DNA of 64,000 nucleotides from Giardia intestinalis (Eukaryota): NCBI GenBank assembly GCA_000002435.2, contig CM018792.1; one strand, 5' to 3'. Shown piece by piece: positions 37,601 to 46,579 of this stretch (position 1 is its first letter; each line of letters starts with the position of its first letter). The notes under the pieces were generated by a model. It saw only the letters and a program-made list of their open reading frames with translations, ran no database searches and was not told where the DNA came from. The position numbers and the translations under genes were made by a program.

Positions 37601-37956
37601 AACTATATAGTGGAATGTTCGACGCGCCAGACGAGGAGCCGGAGAAGCCGGTTCCACCCCCGCCACTCAAGGAACCTCACTATCCAGCCAATCCAAAGAT
37701 CAGGATCATCGAAAGCTCCGGTACAGAATCTACTGCGTTTACAATAGAGGGAACAGAACCATCCGCTTTTAAGGCCTACTCCCAAAGTACAACGGCTATG
37801 GAACCTTCAGCGCCGCGACAGGCCAATCCCTTCCAGAAGCTTCAGTTAGAAGATCAGGAAATCGCATTTAGCCACAATAATCCTATTGCTGAAGAGTCCA
37901 GTAGTATGAATAGCAGCGCATCCCACCCAAATCCACGTGATGGAGGGGAAGACTAG
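34663..37956 (+). CDS. hypothetical protein with four C-terminal DYSSLQLYSGMFD motif repeats
   Basis: The track ORF starts at GTG 34588 and overlaps the divergent gene. The first ATG at 34663 sits on GATAAAAATT. It has an N-terminal coiled coil (LMDEIQTLRKQKNALEELTRKQQTRISRLEELLKSRDKELQNL) and a long acidic, S/T/P-rich disordered region. Four spaced copies of the motif lie at nt ~37341-37625. Confidence 0.58.
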   Translation: MRPAANSTVYDTFYDPDLVMPPLKNPMATTAKQPGVYPQLTSRVATLSTYSGDALSANPRRSYSTDRSMQSAENLIASLYGKNRAVPEPRKLNDNTFVDTLPINKPTISTSNTNSVYDKLIKDPAKRQTKALAKIDKESLMDEIQTLRKQKNALEELTRKQQTRISRLEELLKSRDKELQNLTRMIATGIPDPTKVTDMMALKQKETAPTMDYVKGLKHKMKEYYVRNQELLSFIDRLKDSMNFQRMRQLEKNLLIYYDKYNQLRVKNGSLNQHCIELEEELGVVHDKMLQSLRASKKYQGMRLSGDAQDARDDIIASVSSSKDGKYTGPSAHASLISGSKQREPAAEPDGKFVSDIFDVSNVMPNASESGKAIQDQLNKHSMALQTSMIANQKKPAERGHSKTKNANEKNDPIAELAARFYESRLERERKRLECSFIPDVPAPLEQVEYKLIEDEFEEFLKNYRIDKTSDLLETQGNQQSAPNLGKPTGNQGGAMVLSRDAGAKQAQTKPEKLARRLVTEIKRSEVASAVSAQASNSHESTSKTSPNAMKREENPYFVQRRPSKDTCSEKPTSVSGNRPYEDTDNGSTICDWNSFVEPEMVSRVGVTMTEVTSAGGPRPRPKTPLSDTSGLGGDSKPSKNPNSFYPNLPSQSDKSAPAQSVPEEDSGVKNKKPAEQLSNSDTDLRNENDQKSTDRTEEEPAQEQQKTISFDPLFDRSPDEAKTISDAVPPPEIASLKSSPHATDQTQDPIIVQSVTPRELIDEAPADVPSQASVQDEAQYPEDDETFLASTAKHVIIHEENDGVINDSVNITTMDSKPTDTKTEDISLGNATFDSGVEENSILTRFPLTNVAHAKQDNCSLLSQSHIDKDEQNSNLPDLSGNQTHESKTTIKDYSSLVLDSHMFDDPKAVQEPSGEGTKDYSSLQLYSGMFDGGNQKSVTGPDSVRDYSSLQLHSAMFDEPPASKSHPLQNSGDYSSLQLYSGMFDAPDEEPEKPVPPPPLKEPHYPANPKIRIIESSGTESTAFTIEGTEPSAFKAYSQSTTAMEPSAPRQANPFQKLQLEDQEIAFSHNNPIAEESSSMNSSASHPNPRDGGED
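37341..37625 (+). repeat. four in-frame repeats encoding DYSSL(Q/V)L(Y/H/D)S(G/A/H)MFD at ~81-84 nt spacing
   Basis: The copies are KDYSSLVLDSHMFD, KDYSSLQLYSGMFD, RDYSSLQLHSAMFD and GDYSSLQLYSGMFD. The linkers between copies are not conserved, which is typical of a short linear motif array rather than a domain repeat. Confidence 0.6.
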
Positions 37957-37973
37957 CAACACCTGCCCTATAA

Positions 37974-39728
37974 CTAGTCTGCTTCCGGATGCTTCTCTGC
38001 CCACTCCTTCACAAAGTCTATCACCGCTTTATGTCCGCCTCTTTCGGCGTAGTAAATGCAAGTTTTTCCGTTTGAGTCCTTCATGTGGAACTCTTTTTCG
38101 ACGAGCCTCTTGACTGCATAGAAGCGGCCTGCAAAACAAGCGCTCATGAGGGCGGTTCTCCCGTCCTTCATTGCCATTCCCGCTTCGTAAGGAACCAAAA
38201 GGTCTACCAGAGTATCAGAGCCGCTCATAATCGCGAAGATAAGGGCAGTGGACCCGTCCTTTTTGGCCAAGCCCTTTTCGTGCATAAGAAGCATGGACGC
38301 AGCAGTGACTTTCCCACCGTTACAGGCTCTCATAAGCGCCGTGCCTCCGGGATTGTCCTGCATCCCGCCCTCGACTGAAAGAAGAAGCCTGATAGACGTG
38401 GCATCATCCATGTCAGCTGCGTACATTAAGGCCGTTTTACCCAAATTATTACCGATTCCAGCGTCAAGGGGAAGAAGTCTTTTGATCAGCTCGTAATCAC
38501 GAACTTTCACGGCCAAAATAAGTGCCGTTTCTCCCTTGTCTGTGACCGCACGACCATTTTTGGAATAACGAAGAGAGGCTATCATCTCGAGACGCCCTTT
38601 AGCAAGCTCAGTAACTGAGCCAATATTCTTCTCCGCTTCAAGCAAGAGCTCGTTCTGCTGATCCAGTTGCTTGTTAAGGGCGTCAATCTGAGCTTCGTAC
38701 GACGCTTTGTTAGCACTCATGGGACTTAAGGGAGCAGCAGGCTGTATGTTCTTGGTTGTCTCTGTAATCTTTGCTGCAAGTTCACTGGGGTTCATCGGCT
38801 TCTTAGTCACCACCGCTTTCGCAGGCTCCTCCGTTGCATCGCCAGTTTCCAGATTGTCCAGATTAGTGACCTCATTAACATCCTGATCGGGGAACATGTT
38901 GGCAAATCTGGGCAGATCGAGTAAATCTGCAGCGGATGGCCTGTCTTCAGGATTTAGACGCATCATCATGCCTATTGTATCTACGAATTCTTTGCTATAA
39001 TGCTTAGGTAAAGGTGCTCTACGTTCTGCAAGCACTAGCTTTTCTAGCTCCGGACGCGTCTTAGCAAGATACGGAACTAGCTTTGACGCCAAAAAGTGCA
39101 TAACACCCCCCAGACTCCAAATATCACATTTCTCATCATACGTTTTTCCCTGGAAGACCTCTGGCGCCATGTACATCGGAGATCCAACAAGGGTCATTGC
39201 TGAGTTATCAAAATCAATTTCACGTGCAAAGCCGAAATCGCAGAGTTTTATAACACCTTCATCTGTTAACATAATGTTTGCAGGCTTGAGGTCCCTATGC
39301 ACGACCTTTTTGCCGACAGCGAAACCCGGCTTTGCAGGCGAGTGGCAGTACTTGAGGGCACATAGAATTTGGCCCATGATACTCCAGAGTCTATCCTCCG
39401 GAATATATTCGCCCTTCTCTAACTTCTGGACATATGCATGCAAGTCTCCCCCGGAGCAGAACTCGGAGAACATGCGTATCTCCATAGCATCTTCGTCATG
39501 CGTTGCAGAAACACAGCGAACTATATTTGGGTGAGCAAGCATGCGGTGTATTTTCATCTCCTGAACCAAGAGCTGGCGTGTCTTCCCCTCGGGATTCGTA
39601 TAGGTCATCACTTTAACGGCGAAAATTTGCCCCGTAGCCTGATGCTGGACCTTGTAACACTTTCCATAAGCGCCCTGCCCTATAAGGGCCAGCGTGTTAT
39701 AGCCTGTTTGGCTAAATAGGTGTGCCAT
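37974..39728 (-). CDS. NEK-family Ser/Thr kinase with C-terminal ankyrin repeats
   Basis: Real ATG at 39728..39726 with AT-rich upstream (attttaaaaaattgtgaaccgaaATG). Kinase motifs are GQGAYGKCY, AVKVM, HRDLKPANIML, DFGFAR and GSPMYMAPE. A coiled coil follows, then ankyrin repeats (GETALILAVKVRDYELIKRLL; GKTALMYAADMDD; GGTALMRAC; GSTALIFAIMSG; GRTALMSACFAG). This NEK+ankyrin architecture is typical of Giardia. Confidence 0.85.
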   Translation of the reverse strand: MAHLFSQTGYNTLALIGQGAYGKCYKVQHQATGQIFAVKVMTYTNPEGKTRQLLVQEMKIHRMLAHPNIVRCVSATHDEDAMEIRMFSEFCSGGDLHAYVQKLEKGEYIPEDRLWSIMGQILCALKYCHSPAKPGFAVGKKVVHRDLKPANIMLTDEGVIKLCDFGFAREIDFDNSAMTLVGSPMYMAPEVFQGKTYDEKCDIWSLGGVMHFLASKLVPYLAKTRPELEKLVLAERRAPLPKHYSKEFVDTIGMMMRLNPEDRPSAADLLDLPRFANMFPDQDVNEVTNLDNLETGDATEEPAKAVVTKKPMNPSELAAKITETTKNIQPAAPLSPMSANKASYEAQIDALNKQLDQQNELLLEAEKNIGSVTELAKGRLEMIASLRYSKNGRAVTDKGETALILAVKVRDYELIKRLLPLDAGIGNNLGKTALMYAADMDDATSIRLLLSVEGGMQDNPGGTALMRACNGGKVTAASMLLMHEKGLAKKDGSTALIFAIMSGSDTLVDLLVPYEAGMAMKDGRTALMSACFAGRFYAVKRLVEKEFHMKDSNGKTCIYYAERGGHKAVIDFVKEWAEKHPEAD

Positions 39729-39751
39729 TTCGGTTCACAATTTTTTAAAAT

Positions 39752-40807
39752 TCACATATCATTAGATCCTATTTTCTCATCGAAGGGACCATACATTACG
39801 CGCTGGAGGGGCGGGAGGTTGCGCTCGTAGCGATCTCGGTCCAGAATATTACAGGACTTATTACAATTAGCAAGGAAAGGGTCTTGAAGAGCATCTGCAG
39901 CTGTTATGCGGGCTTCAGGACTATATTGGAGAAACTTAGCGATAAACTGCTTTTCCTCGGGCCGTACTCCATGCCTTTCAAAAAGAGTATGCATATACGG
40001 CTGAGTAGGAGGGCTGTAGTCCTTGCCGCATAGATTGATGAACGACCCATGCCAATCCGTGACACCTGGGTCTGTATCATTGGGCAACCGGCCTAGAAGG
40101 TCGGCTATCTTTGCGGGTATTCTGGACTCTTCTGCTTGAATCACTGCCGTTTGGATTATCATTTCAAAGAATGTCAGCCCAATGCTCCACATGTCAGAGC
40201 TCTGTCCCACTTCGAGGGTGCTTCCAAAGACCTCTGGGGGCCTATAAATGGGGGTCCACCGAAAACCAGGTCCAGTGTATACTATTGATGGGCCACGGAA
40301 TCGGCCAGTGATCAGTGACAGTCCAAAATCCGTTATCTTAAAGACGGAAGATCCATTGTTGTCCTTTATAAGAATATTGTCTGGCTTTAGATCAAAGTGA
40401 CTTATGTGGTTACGATGAAGATATTCTAATCCCAGCAGGATTTGGTAGTAGGCAGTGCGTCTGTCTTCAGCAGTTAGGCTATGTCCTGAGTTAAGAATAG
40501 ATTTTAAACTGGTGTTACAGAGCTCTAGGGCGAAACAGAGACGTGCGCCGTGGAAAAAGATAGACTTGCAACTAAGAATGTTTGGGTGAGACAGCTCTCG
40601 GAAAGCCAGAATTTCCATGAATTTGTCTCCTGTAAGACCCATTTTGCTCTCTTTGCCCTCCTTAATGCGCTTTATTGCATACCATGTCTTCGTTTGTTTA
40701 TGTTGGCAGCGATAGACGTCTCCGTATGTTCCGCTCCCTATGAGAGTAACCAGATCGGTGTACTCTTTTGCGCCACTTTCGTCGGGCCGCAAGTCTGGAA
40801 AAATCAT
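39752..40807 (-). CDS. CMGC/CDK-like protein kinase with non-RD catalytic loop
   Basis: ATG at 40807..40805. Motifs are GSGTYGDVY and AIKRIK. There is a degenerate PSTAIRE-like helix (KFMEILAFRELSHPNIL). The catalytic loop is HFDLKPDNILI, with Phe replacing the HRD arginine. DFGLS is present, and the activation loop ends WTPIYRPPEV. It is followed 23 nt later by the NEK start. Confidence 0.65.
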   Translation of the reverse strand: MIFPDLRPDESGAKEYTDLVTLIGSGTYGDVYRCQHKQTKTWYAIKRIKEGKESKMGLTGDKFMEILAFRELSHPNILSCKSIFFHGARLCFALELCNTSLKSILNSGHSLTAEDRRTAYYQILLGLEYLHRNHISHFDLKPDNILIKDNNGSSVFKITDFGLSLITGRFRGPSIVYTGPGFRWTPIYRPPEVFGSTLEVGQSSDMWSIGLTFFEMIIQTAVIQAEESRIPAKIADLLGRLPNDTDPGVTDWHGSFINLCGKDYSPPTQPYMHTLFERHGVRPEEKQFIAKFLQYSPEARITAADALQDPFLANCNKSCNILDRDRYERNLPPLQRVMYGPFDEKIGSNDM

Positions 40808-41065
40808 AGAGAGCTTTTTGGTTTAGGGGATGTGCCTTTACTCTGTCTCGACGAGCCAATCCTGCTAGTCACGGTCGAGCAGGCCATATCTTTCATTCGC
40901 CTGCCACCCATCTCCCGTGCAGCGCTGTCCCTCCGGGCACACGACAGGGCGCCTCGTGTGCGACCAGGCCAGCGGGCTTCTCCCAGGGGCAGCCCTCGGA
41001 GTGGGAGTCTCAGAGAGGAGGCCGCCGGGGCACCCCCACCCGCTGCACGCAATCCGGTCCACACC

Positions 41066-41170
41066 ACAGCCTCTCTACTGATACCCCTGTTCGTGGTGAG
41101 CGCGCTTGCAGTAACCTACCAGACCGGCAAGTGCGAGACGGTCGGTAGCACAGAGATCTGCACCCAGTGC
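41066..41170 (+). other. VSP signal-peptide remnant in a different frame from the VSP body (no ATG)
   Basis: In the frame of track ORF 40550-41503 this segment reads ...TTASLLIPLFVVSALA|VTYQTGKCETVGSTEICTQC. This is a typical VSP hydrophobic leader with an ...ALA cleavage site and first Cys pairs. There is no in-frame ATG within ~230 nt upstream. The frame then drifts into Cys-free sequence. Confidence 0.5.
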
Positions 41171-43098
41171 AGGGCCGGGGCGTCCCGGTCGACGGCTTCT
41201 GCCGGCCCCCCGGCTCCATCCAGGCCGCGGCAGCCGGGTGCACCAAAGCGGGTGGGGCTGCCCTCGACAAGACGGCAGCCACCTGCGGGAAGTGCGGCGA
41301 CGGGTACTTCCTCTTCATGGGCGGGTGCTACAACAAGGATGCACACCCTGGCAGTGACATATGCACACAGGCTGAGGGAGGACTGTGCACTGAGTGTAAT
41401 ACAAAGAACGGCCTGTTCAAGAACCCGGCTGCAGCACCGAAGCCTGGTAATGAGTGCATTCTGTGCTGGGACACGGTGGGAGATGGCGCGACAAAGGGAG
41501 TAGAGAACTGCGCCACATGTACAGCACCGGGGAATGCAGGAGTAGCTACATGTGATACCTGTCAAGATGGATACTACAAGGACTCTCTGGTATGTATGCA
41601 GTGTGATCAGTCTTGTCTGACCTGCGATGGAAGTGGTCCGAATCAGTGCACCTCTTGTAAGGAGGGGAAGTACCTGAAAGGGACTGAGTGTGTAGACAAA
41701 GGTACGTGTAAGACTGACTACTACCCCGATGACACTAGCATGACCTGCGTTGCCTGTAGCACCATACAAGATTGCACAGCATGCACAATGGACCAGTCCA
41801 CGGGGAAGCCAAAGTGCACTAACTGCGGTAGTCAGAAGATCCCCAGGACGACCCTCGACGGGACCTCGACCTGTGTGGAAAATTCTTATGCTGGGTGTCA
41901 AGGCACAGACAAGGAGCTGTTCATGAAGGAGGACCAACCGGAGTGCCTGCTGTGTGGAGATGCTACAACGGGAACAGATCCGAAAGATAAAGGCGTCGCT
42001 AATTGTAGGACATGCACTAAAGCCAGCGCTACTGGAGCCGCACCGGTCTGTGAGACATGCAAGGAAGGATACATTAAGAATGGAAATGGTGCGGGCGCCA
42101 CGTGTGAGGCTTGTCATCAGAACTGTGCCACATGTTCTGAAGCTACGACAGAAAATAAGTGCCTGACCTGCAAAGAGGGGTTCTTCCTGGCCGGCACCGG
42201 CGAAGGAAAGTGCATCTCGTGCGAGAATGGTAATGATAGTGGCTACAGCGGGCTTGCAGGATGCCTCTCTTGCACAGCCCCAGCCGCCCCGGGCCCGGCC
42301 AGCTGCAACCGCTGCAAGATCGGCTACACGCTACAGGGAACAACGTGTGTGAAGACCTGCGAGGATGAGACTGCCTGTGGGGGGACCTCTGGGGCCTGTG
42401 ATGCCATAGTGATCGGTGCCAATGGAAAGGAGCTTCACTACTGTTCCTATTGTGGAGAGGCTAATAAGTATCCTATCAACGGTGTCTGTGTTAGTACTGG
42501 TAATGAAAATGGGAATACTTGTGCTAAAGGTGTATGTACACAGTGCACTACGGGATACTTTATGTACATGGGAGGCTGTTATAAGGTGACAGAGGTGCCG
42601 GGTAAGTCCATGTGCACAAAGGCAGGCGATGGTGTCTGCACAGAGGCGGCAGCCGGGTACTTCATCCCTCCCTCGCCCACCAAGGACAAGCAGTCCGTGT
42701 TGGCATGTAGTAACCCCCTTGGTGTCGAGCTGGCTGGTCAGAAGGCATACGTGGGGGTGGATGGCTGTTCACAGTGTACAGCCCCAACAGCTCCATCTGA
42801 TGCTGGCATGACCCCCGCTGTGTGTACCTCCTGTGACAGTGATAGGAAGCCCAACAAGGATGGCAGTGGGTGTGTGCTGTGCTCTGTGAGTGACTGCAAG
42901 AGCTGTGTGGTGGATGATGTGTGTGGGGAGTGTGTTGATGGATACAGTCTAGACAATGGTAAGTGTGTGTCTATGAGCACCAACAGGAGCGGGCTCAGCA
43001 CTGGTGCCATAGCAGGGATCTCCGTGGCTGTGGTCGTCGTCGTGGGGGGCCTCGTGGGCTTCCTCTGCTGGTGGTTCCTGTGTAGGGGGAAGGCGTGA
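41167..43098 (+). pseudogene. VSP: variant-specific surface protein (VSP): intact Cys-rich body, TM and CRGKA tail, but 5' end frame-disrupted and ATG-less
   Basis: The track 'M' at 41167 is GTG. The frame is open back to a TAG at 41146-41148. The body has ~29 CXXC motifs (TCGKCGDGY, GGCY x2, CTQCTTGY, CNRCKIGY...). The C-terminal TM helix is IAGISVAVVVVVGGLVGFLCWWFL, followed by the invariant CRGKA*. The region is GC-rich, like VSP genes. The signal peptide is in another frame (see 41066-41170). Confidence 0.6.
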
Positions 43099-43112
43099 CT
43101 CAGGTAGTGAAC
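43098..43112 (+). promoter_or_regulatory. VSP-type extended polyadenylation motif ACTCAGGTAGTGAAC
   Basis: It matches the conserved VSP 3' motif ACTYAGRTAGTRAAY exactly and starts at the last base of the TGA stop. Confidence 0.7.
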
Positions 43113-43310
43113 GCTCCGTTGGTTGTTAGTGCTCAGTGAGTGTTTGCTGTCCATCCACCCGGCGTTGCTGCGTGTAGCGAGCCGTGCTGTGGTAAAGCTT
43201 TCCGCGCCTTCTCGGAGTCAGCGGGTCTCATCTTAGTCCGTATCTATAGAGATAGCGAATAGATCTCCATTAGGAAACAACTCTTCTTTTCTCCAAAATA
43301 TATTCTCCAG

Positions 43311-45743
43311 ATGAGCAGAGCTTGGTTTGCAGCAGCTCACTCTGGAGATGTTTGCACACTTAGAAGCCTCATGGACACCTACATTAGGAGCAGAGATGAG
43401 AACGGAGAGACAGCGCTGTTAATAGCCATACGGGCAGGCCATTTGAATGCCATCCAGCTTCTGGCAGTACACGAACTTACAACAAAAAGTCTGGCGGGAG
43501 TATCACCTCTAGTTGCCAGCGTACATCAGCGACGAATGGATATGGTCCATATCTTGATACGTAATCCTCAGCTGCTAACAGTGCAAGACATGGATGAGGC
43601 GATTGCTGCAGCGCACCAGGAAGGCGCCTTTGAAGATATTCTGGTCCATACGCGTCGCATAGTGGCAATATTAAACGACGCGTCAAGTCTCTTGAGTACG
43701 CGAAGCCCAACAGCAACATCTTTAAACGGCAGCAAAGCAGGGTTCGAGGCCCAAGGACTTGGTGGGACCATGCATACTAATATGAATACGCTCTTCGGCA
43801 TCGGTCTAGACACCCCCCAATTTGATTTTGGAAAATCTAATAACCTCAAGCAATCTGATATTAATGAACCTAGTTCCTCTCTAAGAACTGCTGAAACAGT
43901 CAATGTAACTGGTGAAAGCGTTAACAACTGCTTAGATTTAGTATCCGGGGTCCCGCTGGACCTACAGGATATTGAGCTACCTGACATGTTGGACGCATCA
44001 CTTGCTCGAGAAGATCAAGTCCAAGAGGAGACCTCTACCTCTGAGCAAAATATTGATCTTGCAGAGTCATTACAAAATTCATCTAACACAAATTTGAATT
44101 CTCAACAGAGTCCCAGGCAAGACACTCCAACGAATTTGTCAAATATAGAGTTGGCAGAAAAGATTGAGGATCTAGACTTTTCTGATGATAAGGACCAAGG
44201 TCTTACAGTGCTCGACGTGGTAGATAGCTTTCAGGGCTCTGTTCAGTCTTCGTCTGTTTGCAAACAAACCCCTCTTCCAGAGAATAGTAGGTTTCTCAAC
44301 ATCACTCCGTGTGCCAGAACAGCAAATGGCAGCGAGATTCAGTCGACAGAGGCCCCTGCTATGTCTATTCGGGACTTTAGCCCCCGTTTTAGAAAGAATC
44401 CAGATGCCTTCCAACTACTCTCTGGAAAGGGCTCAACAAAGCTAAAGAATATGCTCCACACTCCAGCTCCAATGTGCACGACGTTGAGCCATGACTCCGG
44501 CGATAGTGCACACTGTCCCTGCTGTATTCAATATGTAGAGCAAATTTCTACTATGCAAACACTTATAGCTAATCTAGAAACGCGTATATCTGGGCTATAC
44601 GGAAAGATAAAGGAAACCACCGCGGATCGTGACAAGTGGAAAGAGCACGCCGAACGTGCCACCGAAGAAATCAGAGCGAAGAAGCAATACATTCATACAT
44701 TAGAAGAACGGATTGCCAAAATGGTCACTGAGTTGTCGAGAGATGCTCAGAAGCAATGTTCTGGCATGGACCCAAATAAGAACACGGACCTAATCAATAA
44801 CGCTATTATTGGGAATTTACACGGTGTATATGCATATATAAGCCAAGTAGGTCATGTGAATGCGTGCGGGCAAACAGCCCTCATGCTGGCCGCAAAGAAT
44901 AATCACCCAGAGGTAGTTGCAGTTCTAGCTCCCCTGGAGGCGAAAAGGTATTGTTGTCACGGGAAGACGGCCTTAATGTATGCATCTGAGGCCAATTCTG
45001 TTGAATGTGTTGAGATTTTACTGGACCTTGAAAAGTGCATGGCATCCCCAAGCACAGACTTGCTGGAATCGGCTTATGATTATGGAGAAGCTGCTTCTGT
45101 TTCTGGTCGTACAGCCCTTATGATAGCAGCAAAGGTTGATGCGATTCAGGTGGCAAAGCTTCTTGTGGAAGATGAAGCGGGGATGCAGATGACCAACGGC
45201 GTGACTGCTCTTATGATTGCTATCTCTAAAGGGCACGAGCAAATTGCACATATGTTGCTACTAAAAGAGAGTGGGCTAGAGACCAAAGAGGGGGACTTTG
45301 CCCTCAGACGTGCAGTGCACAAGAGGATGCGGGGAGTGATCAGCACCCTTATGTACGCAGAGGAGCGGCTGATGAACAGCGTGGGGTGGACACCAATGAT
45401 GATTTACACTATGCTTAGCGATTTGGACTCAGTCAAACAATATGCAGCGTCTGATTACGGGAAGAAAGACATAAATGGTTGCACTGCCTTGATGATCAGC
45501 GTCCGTCTTCGTTTGACGCCAATAACTAAATTTCTAGCGGCAAAGGAAAGCGGGATCATAGACCTACAAGGCCGCACAGCTTTGATCATCGCCGTTCAAC
45601 TAGAAAACATATCAGCTATCAAGGTGCTTGCACCTTTTGAGCGGAACATTAGATCACTGTCTGGCCTTGCGCCACTAGACTACATACCGCAAAAATCTCA
45701 GAACAAAAAGCGTATTAAAGAGATACTAACCAAAGCCTATTAG
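43311..45743 (+). CDS. ankyrin-repeat / coiled-coil protein (protein 21.1 type)
   Basis: Real ATG with AT-rich initiator (ctccaaaatatattctccagATG). The N-terminal ankyrin repeats are GETALLIAIRAGHLNAIQLL. The central coiled coil is LIANLETRISGLYGKIKETTADRDKWKEHAERATEEIRAKKQYIHTLEERIAKM. The C-terminal ankyrin block is GQTALMLAAKNNHPEVVAVL; GKTALMYASEANSVECVEILL; GRTALMIAAKVDAIQVAKLL; GVTALMIAISKGHEQIAHMLL. Confidence 0.8.
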   Translation: MSRAWFAAAHSGDVCTLRSLMDTYIRSRDENGETALLIAIRAGHLNAIQLLAVHELTTKSLAGVSPLVASVHQRRMDMVHILIRNPQLLTVQDMDEAIAAAHQEGAFEDILVHTRRIVAILNDASSLLSTRSPTATSLNGSKAGFEAQGLGGTMHTNMNTLFGIGLDTPQFDFGKSNNLKQSDINEPSSSLRTAETVNVTGESVNNCLDLVSGVPLDLQDIELPDMLDASLAREDQVQEETSTSEQNIDLAESLQNSSNTNLNSQQSPRQDTPTNLSNIELAEKIEDLDFSDDKDQGLTVLDVVDSFQGSVQSSSVCKQTPLPENSRFLNITPCARTANGSEIQSTEAPAMSIRDFSPRFRKNPDAFQLLSGKGSTKLKNMLHTPAPMCTTLSHDSGDSAHCPCCIQYVEQISTMQTLIANLETRISGLYGKIKETTADRDKWKEHAERATEEIRAKKQYIHTLEERIAKMVTELSRDAQKQCSGMDPNKNTDLINNAIIGNLHGVYAYISQVGHVNACGQTALMLAAKNNHPEVVAVLAPLEAKRYCCHGKTALMYASEANSVECVEILLDLEKCMASPSTDLLESAYDYGEAASVSGRTALMIAAKVDAIQVAKLLVEDEAGMQMTNGVTALMIAISKGHEQIAHMLLLKESGLETKEGDFALRRAVHKRMRGVISTLMYAEERLMNSVGWTPMMIYTMLSDLDSVKQYAASDYGKKDINGCTALMISVRLRLTPITKFLAAKESGIIDLQGRTALIIAVQLENISAIKVLAPFERNIRSLSGLAPLDYIPQKSQNKKRIKEILTKAY

Positions 45744-45855
45744 TAGTATGCTATGGCACTTGCCAACAATCAGATGCTTTAGTTGCAAGAGTATCTTTGG
45801 CACCTCGACCTTTCTGGAAGTCTGAAATTTGTGCTTAAAATTAAAAAATTTGTCT

Positions 45856-46569
45856 ATGCAACTTTCCTACGAAGCGAAGAAGGCGACGAGACTCAACAAC
45901 ATTGCAGCAGAGAAGGCACATGCACAGCGAAGAGCAGATGCGCGGCGAGTTCGTGACACTGACGGGCCACCCGCCGCTTGTCCAACAAAGATTCGCAAGC
46001 TGCCCCCTTCTGATTTTCGCTTATTCTATGATCGAGGCGATCTACCCATTTCTGTTGAGCATACGGCGTCTGGGAATAAAATAATATGGAAGGCAGAGAT
46101 AGAGCAGCTTGACTTCCACCACTACTTACCTATATTTTTTGAAGGCCTTCGTGAAAAGGACCACCCATATGCCTTTCTTGCACGCGAAGGTGTCACAAAT
46201 CTACTAGAGCACGGAGGCTCCAAGGTTCTTCCCGTCATTCCGCAACTGATTCTTCCATTACACGCAGCCTTGGAGACTCGCGACCCCGAGGTCATATGTG
46301 TTGTTCTGAACGTCTTACAGCTACTAGTTATGTGCAACGAATATGCAGGCCCAGCTCTGGTGCCTTATTACCGCCAACTTTTACCAGTGATAAACATCTT
46401 CTTCAATAAGAATATCAATCTCGGAGACAAGATCTATTACGCGCAGCGCAAGCGCCAGAACTTGGGGGACCTAATTCAGGAAACTCTTGAGCTTATGGAG
46501 CGCAAGGGCGGCCCAGATGCCTTTCTAAACATAAAATACATGATACCGTGTTATCAATCCAGCGCATGA
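45856..46569 (+). CDS. PACRG: PACRG (Parkin co-regulated gene protein), axonemal/flagellar
   Basis: The track ORF starts at TTG 45829; the first ATG is at 45856 on gtgcttaaaattaaaaaatttgtctATG. There is strong collinear similarity to PACRG ([47 protein letters not shown]...[24 protein letters not shown]...[15 protein letters not shown]...[42 protein letters not shown]). Confidence 0.85.
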   Translation: MQLSYEAKKATRLNNIAAEKAHAQRRADARRVRDTDGPPAACPTKIRKLPPSDFRLFYDRGDLPISVEHTASGNKIIWKAEIEQLDFHHYLPIFFEGLREKDHPYAFLAREGVTNLLEHGGSKVLPVIPQLILPLHAALETRDPEVICVVLNVLQLLVMCNEYAGPALVPYYRQLLPVINIFFNKNINLGDKIYYAQRKRQNLGDLIQETLELMERKGGPDAFLNIKYMIPCYQSSA

Positions 46570-46579
46570 GCACTACAAT

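Noticed and set aside
40550-41503. ORF 40550-41503(+) as an independent 317-aa gene
   Set aside because: Its 5' two-thirds are antisense to the CDK-like kinase CDS. Its only meaningful part is the VSP leader remnant (41066-41170), which is handled as part of the VSP pseudogene call.
40804-43154. Minus-strand ORFs 40804-41067, 41010-41318, 41116-42117, 42738-43154 inside/around the VSP
   Set aside because: They are antisense of the GC-rich VSP body. The translations are Cys/Arg/Pro-rich nonsense without a start context.
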